Positions 8,152-18,381 of a stretch of 64,000 nucleotides of DNA are shown here, piece by piece. Made by a program: the position numbers and the translations under genes. The notes beneath the pieces are model-generated. The model saw only the letters and a list, made by a program, of their open reading frames with translations. It searched no databases and was not told the origin of the DNA. This DNA comes from a virus. Its lineage: Duplodnaviria; Caudoviricetes. The stretch lies in IMG/VR virus record IMGVR_UViG_3300033072_000306, positions 25,451 to 89,450 of that record; one strand, 5' to 3'. How positions within the stretch are numbered: the first letter of the stretch is position 1; the number at the start of each line of letters is the position of its first letter.

Positions 8152-9906
8152 CTACTGACAAACTAAACAGTCTTTAATTCGAATGTGTGTAGCACCTCGA
8201 ACACCGTAGTTATAATATAAACCGTTAATTCCTTCGTCCAGTAAAGCTCTCTTGTGCATCTCCCCAATATATTCCTCAGAATCGTTTCCAGAGAATGCCA
8301 AGTTAATGCTTTGTTGTTGATCGAAATACTGTTGACGTTGTGAACATAAATCTAAGTGGTCTTCTACAGGAATCTCAAAAGCAATACGGAATAAGAACTT
8401 TTCTTCGTCTGTAAGCTCTTTAAGATGTTGACAAGAACCTTTAGCTTCAGCTACAGATTTTACAATCTCCTCTGTGTAAATACCTTTACGTTTTAGTAGT
8501 TGCAAAAACTCGTAGTTGATTCTAAATATGTCACCACCAACAGTTTCTTTAACCTTAACTAAAGCAGTCTCCATACTGATTCCCTCAGTAGGGGTGTTTC
8601 GAGATAACTCAACACTTCCTTTAGTTGGCGGAGCAAACATTGTCGTAGCGTTTCGATAAGTTTTTCCAGCCTTCTTAATACCTTCAGGAACTCCTAGAAC
8701 ATCACCCAGCCACTGAGAAGCTTCTCTTGTTTCATCTCGTTGACGCTTGAAGATTTCTTCGTTCAACACCATTGCATCGAATCCACCAACAGGATAACCA
8801 CGTTGCATTAACAATGAGTGGAAACCGCAAGTGCCCATACCAGTAGCTCGAAACTCACTCGTAAACTTCTCAATCTTACTCAGGAAAAGCTTTGAGATAC
8901 CTTTCTTTTTACCAAGTTGCTCTAAGTATCCACTAACATTACAGTCCTGCATAATTTGAATCAGTTGGAATAAATGTTTCGGGAAACTGTCATATAGAGA
9001 CAAGTTAGCATTAATAATAGGGCAACTAAAGGTATATTCATCGTTTGCAGGGAGGTTTAATTCGATGCAAAGGTTACTTCCTTTAGCCTCAAGCCCTAAA
9101 ATCTTAAATACTTCGGCACGATTACGCTTCATTGTATCTAGCTTACAAAAATAACCCTTACCAGTAGATGCTCGAAGCTTAATAACTTTTTTAAGTCGAT
9201 TCAACGCTTCAGGGTCTTCGGCTTTTAATTTACTAATAAAACTATCACGAATAATCCAACCAATATTAAGCTTATCACTCATATCTTCAAGAAGGTCTGC
9301 TACAGCATAAAAGTCACCATGTTCAATGTTAACATAGAAAGCTGTCTGCCCTCGTCTAATACCCTGATTAATCTCTTCCGTAACTTTTTGCAAGTCTTTA
9401 ATTACAGGAATAATACCCTCAGACATATTACCATCATCGTCATATACAACACCTTCTGCCAGCCAATCCTCAAGGGAAATGGCACAACCGTGTGCATTTT
9501 TAACAAGCTGTTCCAGTTCTCCACGAATAAACGATTTCGATGCAATAGAGTTACTTAGTGTTTGACCACTACAAGAGATTGTCAACCCACGTTGAGGTAG
9601 ACCACCATTAGCTTTAAGTGGTGTAGAGAATACAGCAAAACCATCTTTAAATACTAGATTTAAGAAAACCTCTCCCCAATCTTTCCCTTTAGTGTATTCA
9701 TCTTCTTCCCACCAATCAGGTTTAACACTTGGAGCATACTTAGCAAGCCAATAACACGTTGTTTTATCACGACTCAAAACACTTTCATTTTTATATGAGT
9801 AACTTTCCATGAAGAATTGTAAGCTATTTGTAGAGTACCAATCTGGGATTTCACCAGACGCTTTCCAATCTTCTTTCAATTGTTTGTAGTTAATAAACTC
9901 AGACAT
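8152..9906 (-). CDS. nrdA: class Ia ribonucleotide reductase alpha subunit, no ATP cone
   Basis: SNLCIE active-site motif, R..GMGTCG.H, T.FAPPT, QQSIN, YY, C-terminal CLVC; start at MSEF (9906) is more likely than 9930. Confidence 0.93.
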   Translation of the reverse strand: MSEFINYKQLKEDWKASGEIPDWYSTNSLQFFMESYSYKNESVLSRDKTTCYWLAKYAPSVKPDWWEEDEYTKGKDWGEVFLNLVFKDGFAVFSTPLKANGGLPQRGLTISCSGQTLSNSIASKSFIRGELEQLVKNAHGCAISLEDWLAEGVVYDDDGNMSEGIIPVIKDLQKVTEEINQGIRRGQTAFYVNIEHGDFYAVADLLEDMSDKLNIGWIIRDSFISKLKAEDPEALNRLKKVIKLRASTGKGYFCKLDTMKRNRAEVFKILGLEAKGSNLCIELNLPANDEYTFSCPIINANLSLYDSFPKHLFQLIQIMQDCNVSGYLEQLGKKKGISKLFLSKIEKFTSEFRATGMGTCGFHSLLMQRGYPVGGFDAMVLNEEIFKRQRDETREASQWLGDVLGVPEGIKKAGKTYRNATTMFAPPTKGSVELSRNTPTEGISMETALVKVKETVGGDIFRINYEFLQLLKRKGIYTEEIVKSVAEAKGSCQHLKELTDEEKFLFRIAFEIPVEDHLDLCSQRQQYFDQQQSINLAFSGNDSEEYIGEMHKRALLDEGINGLYYNYGVRGATHIRIKDCLVCQ

Positions 9907-9908
9907 AC

Positions 9909-10907
9909 TTAACCTTGTTCCTTCCAACATTTTACAAAACCATCTTCATCCCAACTATGCTCATATTCCTTGTTCTCACCTTTAGAGAAGAAGTCTGGTT
10001 CAGCATAGGCGATACTACTTGTTAAGAACCAATCGTACAACTTACATTTGATACCAAGCTCAGGGTAAGGCAGATTCTTACATCCATGACGTACAAAATA
10101 CACATTAGCCAACACTTTAACCAAATCAACGTAGTCACTTACAGGAACACCGTTAAACTCACCACTAGGTACTAATGAGTTAAGGATAAACTCTTCCATT
10201 GCCACTTGATTGCGTGTTGTTTCTAACAGACCGTTATAATACTCAACGTCTTCCTCAAGTGAACTATTAATCTCAGCATAATAGTAATTAAAAGATTTAG
10301 CTAGATACTCACTATGCAGCAACTCATCAATAGCAGACTGTTTTGTTCCCTTAACTGTGGTTGCAATCTTGTTAACACCATTAGCTTGAAACGATCTCAA
10401 TAGAGCAAACATGCTAAATAAAGAAACACCCTCAACAAGACCGAAGTTTAAACACACTTTCTTCTTATCTTTATCTTTAAGCACTTTACCAAGCCATTTT
10501 GCACGTTCTTTAAAAATTGGATCATTCAAGTAAGATAGATAGTGTTCATCATTGTCAGTACCAAAAACTTTGTTAATTTTATCGTAGAATCGAGCATGAA
10601 CAGCAAGTTCGATGGCATTGATTACCGCAGCACCTTCTTGGCATTCTGGAGCTTTAAAGAATTTTGGGTAAACATCTGTCCAAAACTTTGAAACATCAAT
10701 TTCGTACTTTCGGAAAGTTGGTAAAATTCTCTCCACAACAAATCGTTGTTCATCCGTTAATGAGTATAAAAGCTCCATTCGATCTTCTTCAACAACTCGA
10801 ATCTTACTAGCAAACCAAATTTGTTTCTCAAACTGCTTATTGGAAATATCCAAAAGATCAGGGTATTTTGTTTCATACCCATTGTACTCATCTGTAATCT
10901 TAATCAA
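9909..10907 (-). CDS. nrdB: class Ia ribonucleotide reductase beta subunit
   Basis: E.AVHARFY, VEGVSLFS.F, DELLH di-metal ligands, PDFF near C-terminus; TTG start. Confidence 0.93.
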   Translation of the reverse strand: MIKITDEYNGYETKYPDLLDISNKQFEKQIWFASKIRVVEEDRMELLYSLTDEQRFVVERILPTFRKYEIDVSKFWTDVYPKFFKAPECQEGAAVINAIELAVHARFYDKINKVFGTDNDEHYLSYLNDPIFKERAKWLGKVLKDKDKKKVCLNFGLVEGVSLFSMFALLRSFQANGVNKIATTVKGTKQSAIDELLHSEYLAKSFNYYYAEINSSLEEDVEYYNGLLETTRNQVAMEEFILNSLVPSGEFNGVPVSDYVDLVKVLANVYFVRHGCKNLPYPELGIKCKLYDWFLTSSIAYAEPDFFSKGENKEYEHSWDEDGFVKCWKEQG

Positions 10908-10910
10908 AAC

Positions 10911-11183
10911 CTATTTTTCCTTCTTAAAAATCTTTTTAAATAAACTTACAACAATCCATAAAAACAAGAACAATGGGTATAGTAAAACAATTCTACAGAA
11001 AGTCTTACTTGGACTGCTTTCCCATTTGCTCTTTAGGTCATTATATTCTTTTACATCTTCTGAATCAAGCTCATCAAAGTTATTTTTGATAAAATTATCA
11101 TCAGATAGTGAAGGGATTGCCATTATTCCTAACAACAACCCTACAGAGATGTAACAAATAGCAAATATTAGCAATGCTGTCAT
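10911..11183 (-). CDS. membrane protein (2 TM), hypothetical
   Basis: two hydrophobic helices flanking an acidic loop. Confidence 0.65.
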   Translation of the reverse strand: MTALLIFAICYISVGLLLGIMAIPSLSDDNFIKNNFDELDSEDVKEYNDLKSKWESSPSKTFCRIVLLYPLFLFLWIVVSLFKKIFKKEK

Positions 11184-11521
11184 TTGTTATCATCACCTCC
11201 GCTACTAATATTATACTTACCCTTTAAGCGAAATTTCTCTTCTTGTCCACCAACAACCTTGACAAAAATCTTCTCAATAACTTGTAAGGTCACTGACAAC
11301 ATCTTTGAAACAAAGTTGATAGGGAATACCAAAGCATTAAGAACAAACAATGTAATTGGTAAATACAGGAAAGCTGATCGAAGATTTAAGTAAGCATTGA
11401 AATGTGTATCTGTACCACGTTCTAATAATAGACAGAATACTTTATCTGATTTTAAAGCTAAATATAAAAGAATTGTATATGTAACACTAATACCAAAATA
11501 CCAACACAAGAATGTAATCAT
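11180..11521 (-). CDS. membrane protein (2 TM), hypothetical
   Basis: two hydrophobic helices; ATGA coupling. Confidence 0.65.
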   Translation of the reverse strand: MITFLCWYFGISVTYTILLYLALKSDKVFCLLLERGTDTHFNAYLNLRSAFLYLPITLFVLNALVFPINFVSKMLSVTLQVIEKIFVKVVGGQEEKFRLKGKYNISSGGDDNK

Positions 11522-11874
11522 AGAACATCTCCAAACTTAACAATCTGCTTCATTTCCTCAGAACACATCCCACTAGAGAGCCATGCTTTATCACTACGCT
11601 CAATACCAAAGTAACGGTGATGATTCTCTACCACCCCACAGAAACGGCTTTGTTGCTTCTCTATAATCTCCTGAGAGTAGTTTCCTTTGTAGAATCCAAA
11701 GATATTCTCTAACACTTGTGATACTTCATCAGAGGTGTATACAAACTCCTCATAAGAGGGATACTCTTTTAATCGTTCCTTTTTAATGATACCTACAGTG
11801 ATTGCCGTTAGTAAAATCTTCTTGTCGTACAAGTCAGCCGATGTTACCCATATTTGATTATTAGGTTTTGACAT
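11518..11874 (-). CDS. hypothetical protein
   Basis: 118-aa tiled ORF. Confidence 0.7.
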   Translation of the reverse strand: MSKPNNQIWVTSADLYDKKILLTAITVGIIKKERLKEYPSYEEFVYTSDEVSQVLENIFGFYKGNYSQEIIEKQQSRFCGVVENHHRYFGIERSDKAWLSSGMCSEEMKQIVKFGDVL

Positions 11875-12079
11875 TATTCACCTCAATCAATTTCCAGTAG
11901 CATAAACTATCGTAATCATCACATACTGTATTGCCTGAAACAATTTCTGAGATAACATCATCTTCTAAATCAAGCTTAACCAATTCTTTTTTAACATCGT
12001 CTAGAGTTTCATGTTCAGAATTGTCAATCTCCATCTTCATACCAGAGGCATAAGTTGAAACTAAAATATACTTAGGCAT
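11861..12079 (-). CDS. hypothetical protein
   Basis: 72-aa tiled ORF. Confidence 0.65.
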   Translation of the reverse strand: MPKYILVSTYASGMKMEIDNSEHETLDDVKKELVKLDLEDDVISEIVSGNTVCDDYDSLCYWKLIEVNNVKT

Positions 12080-12674
12080 TGTCCACCTCTACCATCTTCT
12101 CAACAAGGTCATCCAAAATCACTTTCTCGAAATCCTCTTTCTTTCTTACCTTCATGTTATTATCAGCTAAGAAGTAATAATACTTGCCATCAACCTCAAC
12201 AGTCTTACGATTGAATGTTGATTTCCAAGTAGCAAACTCTTCACTATCTTTTGTAAACTTTAGGCTGTTGTTATCAATAATACGGTCTGTCGCTTCAGCA
12301 ACAATCTCTGGATAATGTTGAATCTCTTTACAAACAAGATTACCAATATTTAAAGCATACCCTAAACGCTTCTTCTTGATAGCACCATTAACCTCATCAT
12401 CTTGAAGCTCACGAGAATTAAACTCATTAACCAGCTCATCTAAATAGGCAAGTGTATAGATAGAATCACCATAACCATCTAGTTCTTCTGTTAAGTCTTT
12501 CTCGGTATGAGTTACAGTTTCAATCAACTCTTCTAGAGTAATGTCAACTTGTAGGTTGATTGCATCAAAAAGCTCTTTGTTTGAATACTCTTTAATACTC
12601 TTACCATGTGCAATCTTATTGAACAACACAGCACTATCTTTTGCCTTATCATAGACTTGTTTTAAAACTTCCAT
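12072..12674 (-). CDS. MazG-like / PRA-PH family all-alpha nucleoside triphosphate pyrophosphohydrolase
   Basis: EELIE...EELDGYGDSIYT acidic metal motif and NNSLKF motif. Confidence 0.7.
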   Translation of the reverse strand: MEVLKQVYDKAKDSAVLFNKIAHGKSIKEYSNKELFDAINLQVDITLEELIETVTHTEKDLTEELDGYGDSIYTLAYLDELVNEFNSRELQDDEVNGAIKKKRLGYALNIGNLVCKEIQHYPEIVAEATDRIIDNNSLKFTKDSEEFATWKSTFNRKTVEVDGKYYYFLADNNMKVRKKEDFEKVILDDLVEKMVEVDNA

Positions 12675-12935
12675 TTATACACTTCCTTGTAACATCTCTA
12701 ATACTATTTGTAGGTTTTCAACATGACTTTTCGACATTGTGTCAATGCTAACTTTCACCTTGCCAAGATCATCATCAAACAGACAAAACTCTACAAGTAA
12801 AGACTCTGTATCACCATTGAAAAAACCTCGTTTATGATTGTGTGCAATCGTATATAATTGAACATTATCATTCTTTGATAACTTTAAAAACTCACTCTCA
12901 ATTGATTTAATCTTTCGTACTTGTTCAATCTTCAT
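12675..12935 (-). CDS. hypothetical protein
   Basis: 86-aa tiled ORF. Confidence 0.65.
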   Translation of the reverse strand: MKIEQVRKIKSIESEFLKLSKNDNVQLYTIAHNHKRGFFNGDTESLLVEFCLFDDDLGKVKVSIDTMSKSHVENLQIVLEMLQGSV

Positions 12936-12936
12936 A

Positions 12937-13836
12937 CTACACTCCTAACAATTTAGTTTCTTCTTTCACTTTATTAACCCACTTCCTCAAGGATTGCTCA
13001 TCAATACTATACACAGTGCAAACATCACGAATACTACCACATTTGAAGTACATATCTAAGGCGCAATAACAAGTGAATGGTGTTGCATCCTTAACAAATG
13101 TTTCAATCCAAACACCTCTAAAACAAAAAGTCAGCTTATTTTTCGTTTCATAGCCAAGCATTTTTAAAACTCTGTATACTCTGTCCCTATCGCATTTAAA
13201 ATATTCAGAAATAGAAAGACTTGATAATCCTTCTAAATACATACCGACAACACCGCTTACAAATGTCGGTGATAGATCTGAATAGTAGTAATCGATTCCA
13301 TTTATCTGACAAAAATCTTTATTCACCCTGTCTTCAAATTTGTCGCTCTTACTGGCTAAAATATCTTTACAGTAATATGGCATCTTCCTTTTCCTATTTT
13401 GTACAAGTGTTCTGCCAAAACCAAGAGCTTGCGATAAATCCCTATCCGACACCAATTCACCAAGAATAGAATAAACATCGGATGATCTCACATTAAGACC
13501 TCCAACAGCAATGTTCCATCCAATATTTTTATTGGGTCTTATCAAAGATTCTTTGTATAGCATTTCTTTTTCCGTACCACAATCAATTACAGAAATCACC
13601 AAGTCTTCCTCATTAAAGATTTTGTAAAAACTGTCCATGTACCTGCCACCTTTGTTACCGTTCAGTAAGTAGTTGTTGTGGTATGCTAAACGTTTCGTTA
13701 CATTCTTTGATACTCCAACGTACCCGAATTTAGATATATCTTTATCAGAAACCCTTCTTATCCAATATAAGTAATGATTCAAACCACCCAAAGAAGAATG
13801 CATTAAACTATCATCAGCTATTATCATATTCACCAC
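12937..13836 (-). CDS. free-standing GIY-YIG (Seg-like) homing endonuclease
   Basis: YLYWIR...GYVGVS...RLAYH, catalytic E in LYKE, RP..IGWNIAVGG; C-terminal HTH-like segments; exact start uncertain. Confidence 0.8.
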   Translation of the reverse strand: MVNMIIADDSLMHSSLGGLNHYLYWIRRVSDKDISKFGYVGVSKNVTKRLAYHNNYLLNGNKGGRYMDSFYKIFNEEDLVISVIDCGTEKEMLYKESLIRPNKNIGWNIAVGGLNVRSSDVYSILGELVSDRDLSQALGFGRTLVQNRKRKMPYYCKDILASKSDKFEDRVNKDFCQINGIDYYYSDLSPTFVSGVVGMYLEGLSSLSISEYFKCDRDRVYRVLKMLGYETKNKLTFCFRGVWIETFVKDATPFTCYCALDMYFKCGSIRDVCTVYSIDEQSLRKWVNKVKEETKLLGV

Positions 13837-14821
13837 TCATAATACTAGCTAAACTCACAAACATAGGAACTCCAAATCCATCACAAACATCATTCAGAAC
13901 CGTCAAACCTCTAAAGTGGTTATTACCTTGATACCCTTTGTATCTCTCATCAAATGGATAACAAGCTCCGTTAATAATACCGATCTGTTGTTTACCATCA
14001 ATTGTTGGGCGAATAGCAATATCTAAACACTGTTTATGACCTACAACAAAACTCTTACCAACAGTCTTAAGAATGTTCATAGCGTTACCACCATAAGGTT
14101 TCCCATTCATAGGGTTTGCTAGGTAATGCACAAAGAAAATCCCGTTAATCTCTACAGGTTTCAAGAAGTCATAAACCTCCCAACCATACTTCTCAAATGG
14201 TAACATCTCTGTTCCAAGAGTTCCAATCAGTTCTGGATTGTCGTCAACATAACGATCTAATCTATTTTCATGGTTTCCCATACAGAAAACTTTTCGCGGA
14301 TTATAACCTGAATCTTGATTTATGTACATATTTAAATATTCAAAACCTGTATTTCCAGCTTTAATATCATTCGACAATCTACGACCTTCTGATGTTGATT
14401 TACCTTTGTCGTATGAAGATAAGCTAGGGAAGTCGTAATGATCTCCAATATGAACAATAACGTCTGGTTTCTGTTCGTATATAAACTTACCAATATATTT
14501 CATGTATGATAAGTCTTCCTCACTTTTACACTGTGTATCAGCGATAACGATAATTTTCTGCTTTTCCTTTAACATGGAGATAGACTTGTTTACCATCAAT
14601 TCAACCTCATACTCGGAGAATTTCTTGATTTTCTTATCTTCACTTTGGTTTAAATAACCTCTAACATCTTCTCGTTCTAGAAATGTTCTAATGCGAGATT
14701 CAAAGCTATCATTTCCAAATAATGTCTTAGCAACCTGTCGATTACTTACTCCTGATTTCAGTAAGTCTAAACAAGGTTTGTGCCACTCTTTAGTGAATAG
14801 AACTTCTGATTTAATTGTCAT
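13814..14821 (-). CDS. calcineurin-like metallophosphoesterase with N-terminal HTH-like region
   Basis: IADTQ, HIGDHYD, GNHE, GH motifs. Confidence 0.85.
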   Translation of the reverse strand: MTIKSEVLFTKEWHKPCLDLLKSGVSNRQVAKTLFGNDSFESRIRTFLEREDVRGYLNQSEDKKIKKFSEYEVELMVNKSISMLKEKQKIIVIADTQCKSEEDLSYMKYIGKFIYEQKPDVIVHIGDHYDFPSLSSYDKGKSTSEGRRLSNDIKAGNTGFEYLNMYINQDSGYNPRKVFCMGNHENRLDRYVDDNPELIGTLGTEMLPFEKYGWEVYDFLKPVEINGIFFVHYLANPMNGKPYGGNAMNILKTVGKSFVVGHKQCLDIAIRPTIDGKQQIGIINGACYPFDERYKGYQGNNHFRGLTVLNDVCDGFGVPMFVSLASIMSGEYDNS

Positions 14822-14824
14822 TTA

Positions 14825-15028
14825 TTATTCAACCTTGCCTTTTAGAATAGTGATAAGACTCTTACACTTATCAATGATTGGTTTATCTTTACTCTTATCT
14901 AAGATGTTTGAGACATGCTCAACAAGTAATTCAGTGTCGGTTTTAGACATACTCGATGGTAGGACTAATGCGTTACTATTACCATCAATAAAATTATCAA
15001 TAATGTTATTGTATAAATAACTACTCAT
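14825..15028 (-). CDS. hypothetical protein
   Basis: 67-aa tiled ORF. Confidence 0.6.
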   Translation of the reverse strand: MSSYLYNNIIDNFIDGNSNALVLPSSMSKTDTELLVEHVSNILDKSKDKPIIDKCKSLITILKGKVE

Positions 15029-15031
15029 TAT

Positions 15032-15235
15032 TCAATCTCCTTCTACCCAAAACGATGCGTCCAAGACGTTGGTTAATTCTTCTTCCAATAAATTAGCAAG
15101 AAATTCGTCTTTCTCCGCTTGAGACATTTTCAACCAATCTTGTTCCGTGCAACCTAAATCCTCAAGAGTATACTCGTATTTATGGTTCGCACCATAATAA
15201 CCAATCCCGATATTACCTTTAACTACAATACTCAT
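15032..15235 (-). CDS. hypothetical protein
   Basis: 67-aa tiled ORF. Confidence 0.65.
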   Translation of the reverse strand: MSIVVKGNIGIGYYGANHKYEYTLEDLGCTEQDWLKMSQAEKDEFLANLLEEELTNVLDASFWVEGD

Positions 15236-15519
15236 TGTTCAATCTCCTCATTATCAATGATTTCATTATCAACAATCTCAATCTCTGCATTAGCTAAATA
15301 ATAAATACGAGCTAAAATCATAGAGTTTAATAACACTTCACCATCAATATCTAAAGCTTCACAAGCTTTGTAGTATTCCTCTAGGGCAACTTGATCTTCA
15401 GGTTTATCAATCTCAATCTCTAGGAGTGACTGTTGATTCTTCTGTAAGATATGGAAGTTAGATAACTCTAATGGTGATGGTAAGACATCGCCCAACTCAA
15501 TCTTTAGTTTATTTGTCAT
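15232..15519 (-). CDS. hypothetical protein
   Basis: 95-aa acidic ORF. Confidence 0.65.
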   Translation of the reverse strand: MTNKLKIELGDVLPSPLELSNFHILQKNQQSLLEIEIDKPEDQVALEEYYKACEALDIDGEVLLNSMILARIYYLANAEIEIVDNEIIDNEEIEQ

Positions 15520-15713
15520 TACTCATCAACCTCATAAGAATCATCTAAGTAGTCTTCAACTGAATTTTTTGAGATATCCCAATCAATCTCGTCTCCCTCT
15601 TTGTACTTATATGCATATTCTTTCAATAACTCAATAGCTTCTTCAATTGTCTCAGCTTTTACGCTGTAGTATTCAGTTCCAGTTACAGGAATAGAAAAAT
15701 TAAATACTTTCAT
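15519..15713 (-). CDS. hypothetical protein
   Basis: 64-aa acidic ORF with GGAG RBS. Confidence 0.65.
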   Translation of the reverse strand: MKVFNFSIPVTGTEYYSVKAETIEEAIELLKEYAYKYKEGDEIDWDISKNSVEDYLDDSYEVDE

Positions 15714-16305
15714 TATTCAAACTCTCCAATAATAATTCTCTTAGTAAAGATTCTTGATCTTTCTTTAGCTTTGGAATAGAGTGTACGCCATACTGCTTAA
15801 TGTTGTCAACAACTTTCTTATCTTTTTTAATCTGAATAAACTGTTTCTCGATTCTAGCTTGTTCAAAAGGGATATTCATTTTCTGAGAATAAGAAACAAT
15901 TTCATGGCAACCTTTACAAACCCATCGTAAATCATCTCTAGTGACAATAACAATATCCTCAATAAACTGCTGAATATCTGAGATGTCTTTTAGACTACTT
16001 CCCTGTTGGCGAATATGATCTACTTGAAGCTCCTTCTCTATAAAAAGATTATTGCATATCTCACACTCACCGCCCCAAACTGTAGGTTTCTTTCCGTTAG
16101 GATTAGGGTTTGGTATTTGGAATCTTTTATCTTTAATCAGCTTTGTTTTTGATGGATGTCTGTTCCAAAGAGACCTACGTACACCGCCCCTAATATAAGA
16201 CATTAAGGAAGCCTTAGACTTCCACACATCAGAGTTTTCTTCTAAAAGTTTTTCTACTTTGTCTTCAATCTGCATTACGGGTAAGTTCTCCAATAATCTT
16301 TGCAC
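15700..16305 (-). CDS. HNH/endonuclease VII-like nuclease (probable core recombination/resolution nuclease)
   Basis: CEIC...QVDHI...DLRWVCKGCH zinc-finger HNH; located in the exonuclease operon. Confidence 0.75.
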   Translation of the reverse strand: MQRLLENLPVMQIEDKVEKLLEENSDVWKSKASLMSYIRGGVRRSLWNRHPSKTKLIKDKRFQIPNPNPNGKKPTVWGGECEICNNLFIEKELQVDHIRQQGSSLKDISDIQQFIEDIVIVTRDDLRWVCKGCHEIVSYSQKMNIPFEQARIEKQFIQIKKDKKVVDNIKQYGVHSIPKLKKDQESLLRELLLESLNNESI

Positions 16306-16453
16306 AATCTAAGCAAAAGATAATATTCTGACCACGATTCCTAAAACTGTAAGTGTAGATGATATCATCACCTTTATTCAACTCAACATCACATCCTCGA
16401 CAAAATCCAGATCGCTCAATCTTGCGTTTTTCTATTTTATATCTATCACTCAT
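16265..16453 (-). CDS. small Cys4 zinc-finger protein
   Basis: CRGC-x25-CLDC. Confidence 0.6.
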   Translation of the reverse strand: MSDRYKIEKRKIERSGFCRGCDVELNKGDDIIYTYSFRNRGQNIIFCLDCAKIIGELTRNAD

Positions 16454-17636
16454 ATTTCACTCCTAAAGGTTTTAATCTGTCCTCAATAACATTTGGTACA
16501 TGTTCTGGGTACTCTCTCATTTTAGCACAACGATAGTAAAGATTGAGCATTGCTAGTGGCGTAGCTTTATGTGTCACACCAAAACAATCTTCATACTCAA
16601 AACTCTCAGGAAGATGTTTTTTAAAGAAGTCTAATACTCCTTGCCACAAATCTTTTCTTGTTTCAAACTTCATCAAGTATTTCTCACAACCTTTATAACC
16701 AAAAGACTTCAAATTCCCAAAACGCTTCATCATATCTTTAGCAGAATAATTATCGGCTGTATCTCCACAGATGCTCTGGTAACACAAAAACATGTCTCCA
16801 TGCCCTAACATCTTATCACTACCACCAGAAGTCTTTGTAGCCTTAATCCAACCAAGTCTATTCTTCTCTGTGTCCTCAAACCACTCTGGAGAGTCGTGAT
16901 GCCCAACGATATATAACCCACCGATTCCCTCACAATTATAGTCCTTATCAATTCCATGTATATAGGATACGATATTTCGTTTATCTAGAGAGTGTTTTGT
17001 TATTGTAATGCTATCATCAGCTTCCTCAAACACAGACCAATGTGACATCCAATTTTCGTGTAACCACTTCTTAATTTCAGGTAGGTCAGAAGGAATCCAC
17101 CCTTTCTCTCGTTGTCCTTTATAGTTAAAATGGTCTTTGTCGTTTAGTTTAGGTAAAGGTAATTCGTCCCTATGGTTTCCTGTGCTACCTAAAAAGATGA
17201 TAACTTTAGTGGCTTTTGTTTCAGAAATAGCTTTATAAATCTTTTTACGAATTGTCCCTTTTGCTTTCATCAACGAGCCTTCCAACATATAGTGTTTTTT
17301 AACACCGCAATTAGGAATATATTCGACACCTTTTTCTTGACAAAACTTCTTAACACCAGTGTAGCAATCTTCAAAACTGATGATTTCACCATTATACTCA
17401 AACTCAACACTACGTACCATTTCATTAGATGTTGCAGAGAATGCTAACCAATCACCATCAATAATTAAGACAATATCATCATCATTGATTACTGAAGTAT
17501 CAAAAGGTTTCCACTTAGTTGAATTTCTTTTTTCATTGAATTTCTTAACACATAGAACATCTTCATTCGTAATCTTTGCTTTTGGTTTTACATCTTTCCC
17601 AAACTTTGTTTCATAGAAGTTAAACGTCATTATCAC
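16446..17636 (-). CDS. 5'-3' exonuclease (T7 gp6/T5 D15-like flap nuclease)
   Basis: IIDGD, YKGQR, EEADD, IDKD, GDTADN motifs. Confidence 0.88.
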   Translation of the reverse strand: MIMTFNFYETKFGKDVKPKAKITNEDVLCVKKFNEKRNSTKWKPFDTSVINDDDIVLIIDGDWLAFSATSNEMVRSVEFEYNGEIISFEDCYTGVKKFCQEKGVEYIPNCGVKKHYMLEGSLMKAKGTIRKKIYKAISETKATKVIIFLGSTGNHRDELPLPKLNDKDHFNYKGQREKGWIPSDLPEIKKWLHENWMSHWSVFEEADDSITITKHSLDKRNIVSYIHGIDKDYNCEGIGGLYIVGHHDSPEWFEDTEKNRLGWIKATKTSGGSDKMLGHGDMFLCYQSICGDTADNYSAKDMMKRFGNLKSFGYKGCEKYLMKFETRKDLWQGVLDFFKKHLPESFEYEDCFGVTHKATPLAMLNLYYRCAKMREYPEHVPNVIEDRLKPLGVKYE

Positions 17637-17697
17637 TCTTCCTATTCATATACTACCCCTCTACATATACTCTTTAAAATTATCAAACCACTAAAAC

Positions 17698-17731
17698 GGA
17701 AAAAGGCGTACAACCCATAAGGTTGAACACC
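17698..17731 (-). terminator. intrinsic terminator
   Basis: GGTGT-TCAACC-ttat-GGGTTG-TACGCC followed by TTTTT. Confidence 0.65.
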
Positions 17732-17754
17732 GTTATTAATAGTAGCAGTGGTAT

Positions 17755-17949
17755 TTATAATTCAACCTTTTCTACTTTGTAATTCAAATACACCGTTAAG
17801 ATAGCAAAAATCACCCACAAGGTTGCATACACTGAAAACACCCAAATAGGTAGTCCAAAATAACCAACCATCATATACACTGCAGGCAACCACAAGATAT
17901 TCATTCGTGGAGGTAGATGCTTATTGTGCAAGTATTTAACTTTACTCAT
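17755..17949 (-). CDS. small membrane protein, hypothetical
   Basis: 64 aa, long hydrophobic core. Confidence 0.65.
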   Translation of the reverse strand: MSKVKYLHNKHLPPRMNILWLPAVYMMVGYFGLPIWVFSVYATLWVIFAILTVYLNYKVEKVEL

Positions 17950-18119
17950 TTCTTAATCAACTCCTCAACAACATTTCGTAAATACAACAACCCTTCAAAA
18001 TCTAAGTCATGTACAAGATTAACAATATAATCAATATCGACAAAATTACTGCTGGTATCGATTAAAGAAATATTCTTAGAAAGAGTTAAGATTTCTTCAG
18101 AAGATTTTTCAGATAACAT
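17946..18119 (-). CDS. hypothetical protein (57 aa, below cutoff)
   Basis: GGAG RBS, MLSEKSSEEILTLSK...ELIKK*, ATGA overlap with next gene. Confidence 0.6.
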   Translation of the reverse strand: MLSEKSSEEILTLSKNISLIDTSSNFVDIDYIVNLVHDLDFEGLLYLRNVVEELIKK

Positions 18120-18129
18120 ATCACTCTCC

Positions 18130-18381
18130 TTAATTAATAATAACTACTTTCTCTGCGTCAATCTCATATTCTGAAACAAAAGCTTCATCGTAAATCTGAT
18201 CAACATAATATTCAGAATCATCACGATCTATATAGAATACTTCTGCTGTATTTGACACAACTTGATAACCATTACCTTCATCACCTAGTGGATAGATGAT
18301 ACGGCAATCTAACAATGATTTATCTTTTTCAACTAACTTGTTTAAAGCTTCTAAATAATCTTTTAGTAACATATCAACCAC
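18130..18381 (-). CDS. hypothetical protein
   Basis: 83-aa tiled ORF. Confidence 0.65.
   Translation of the reverse strand: MVDMLLKDYLEALNKLVEKDKSLLDCRIIYPLGDEGNGYQVVSNTAEVFYIDRDDSEYYVDQIYDEAFVSEYEIDAEKVVIIN

Noticed and set aside
8098-8160. Possible intron truncating nrdA at CLVCQ*
   Set aside because: The protein already ends with the C-terminal CxxC of class Ia alpha subunits, and no group I core elements lie around the adjacent HNH gene.
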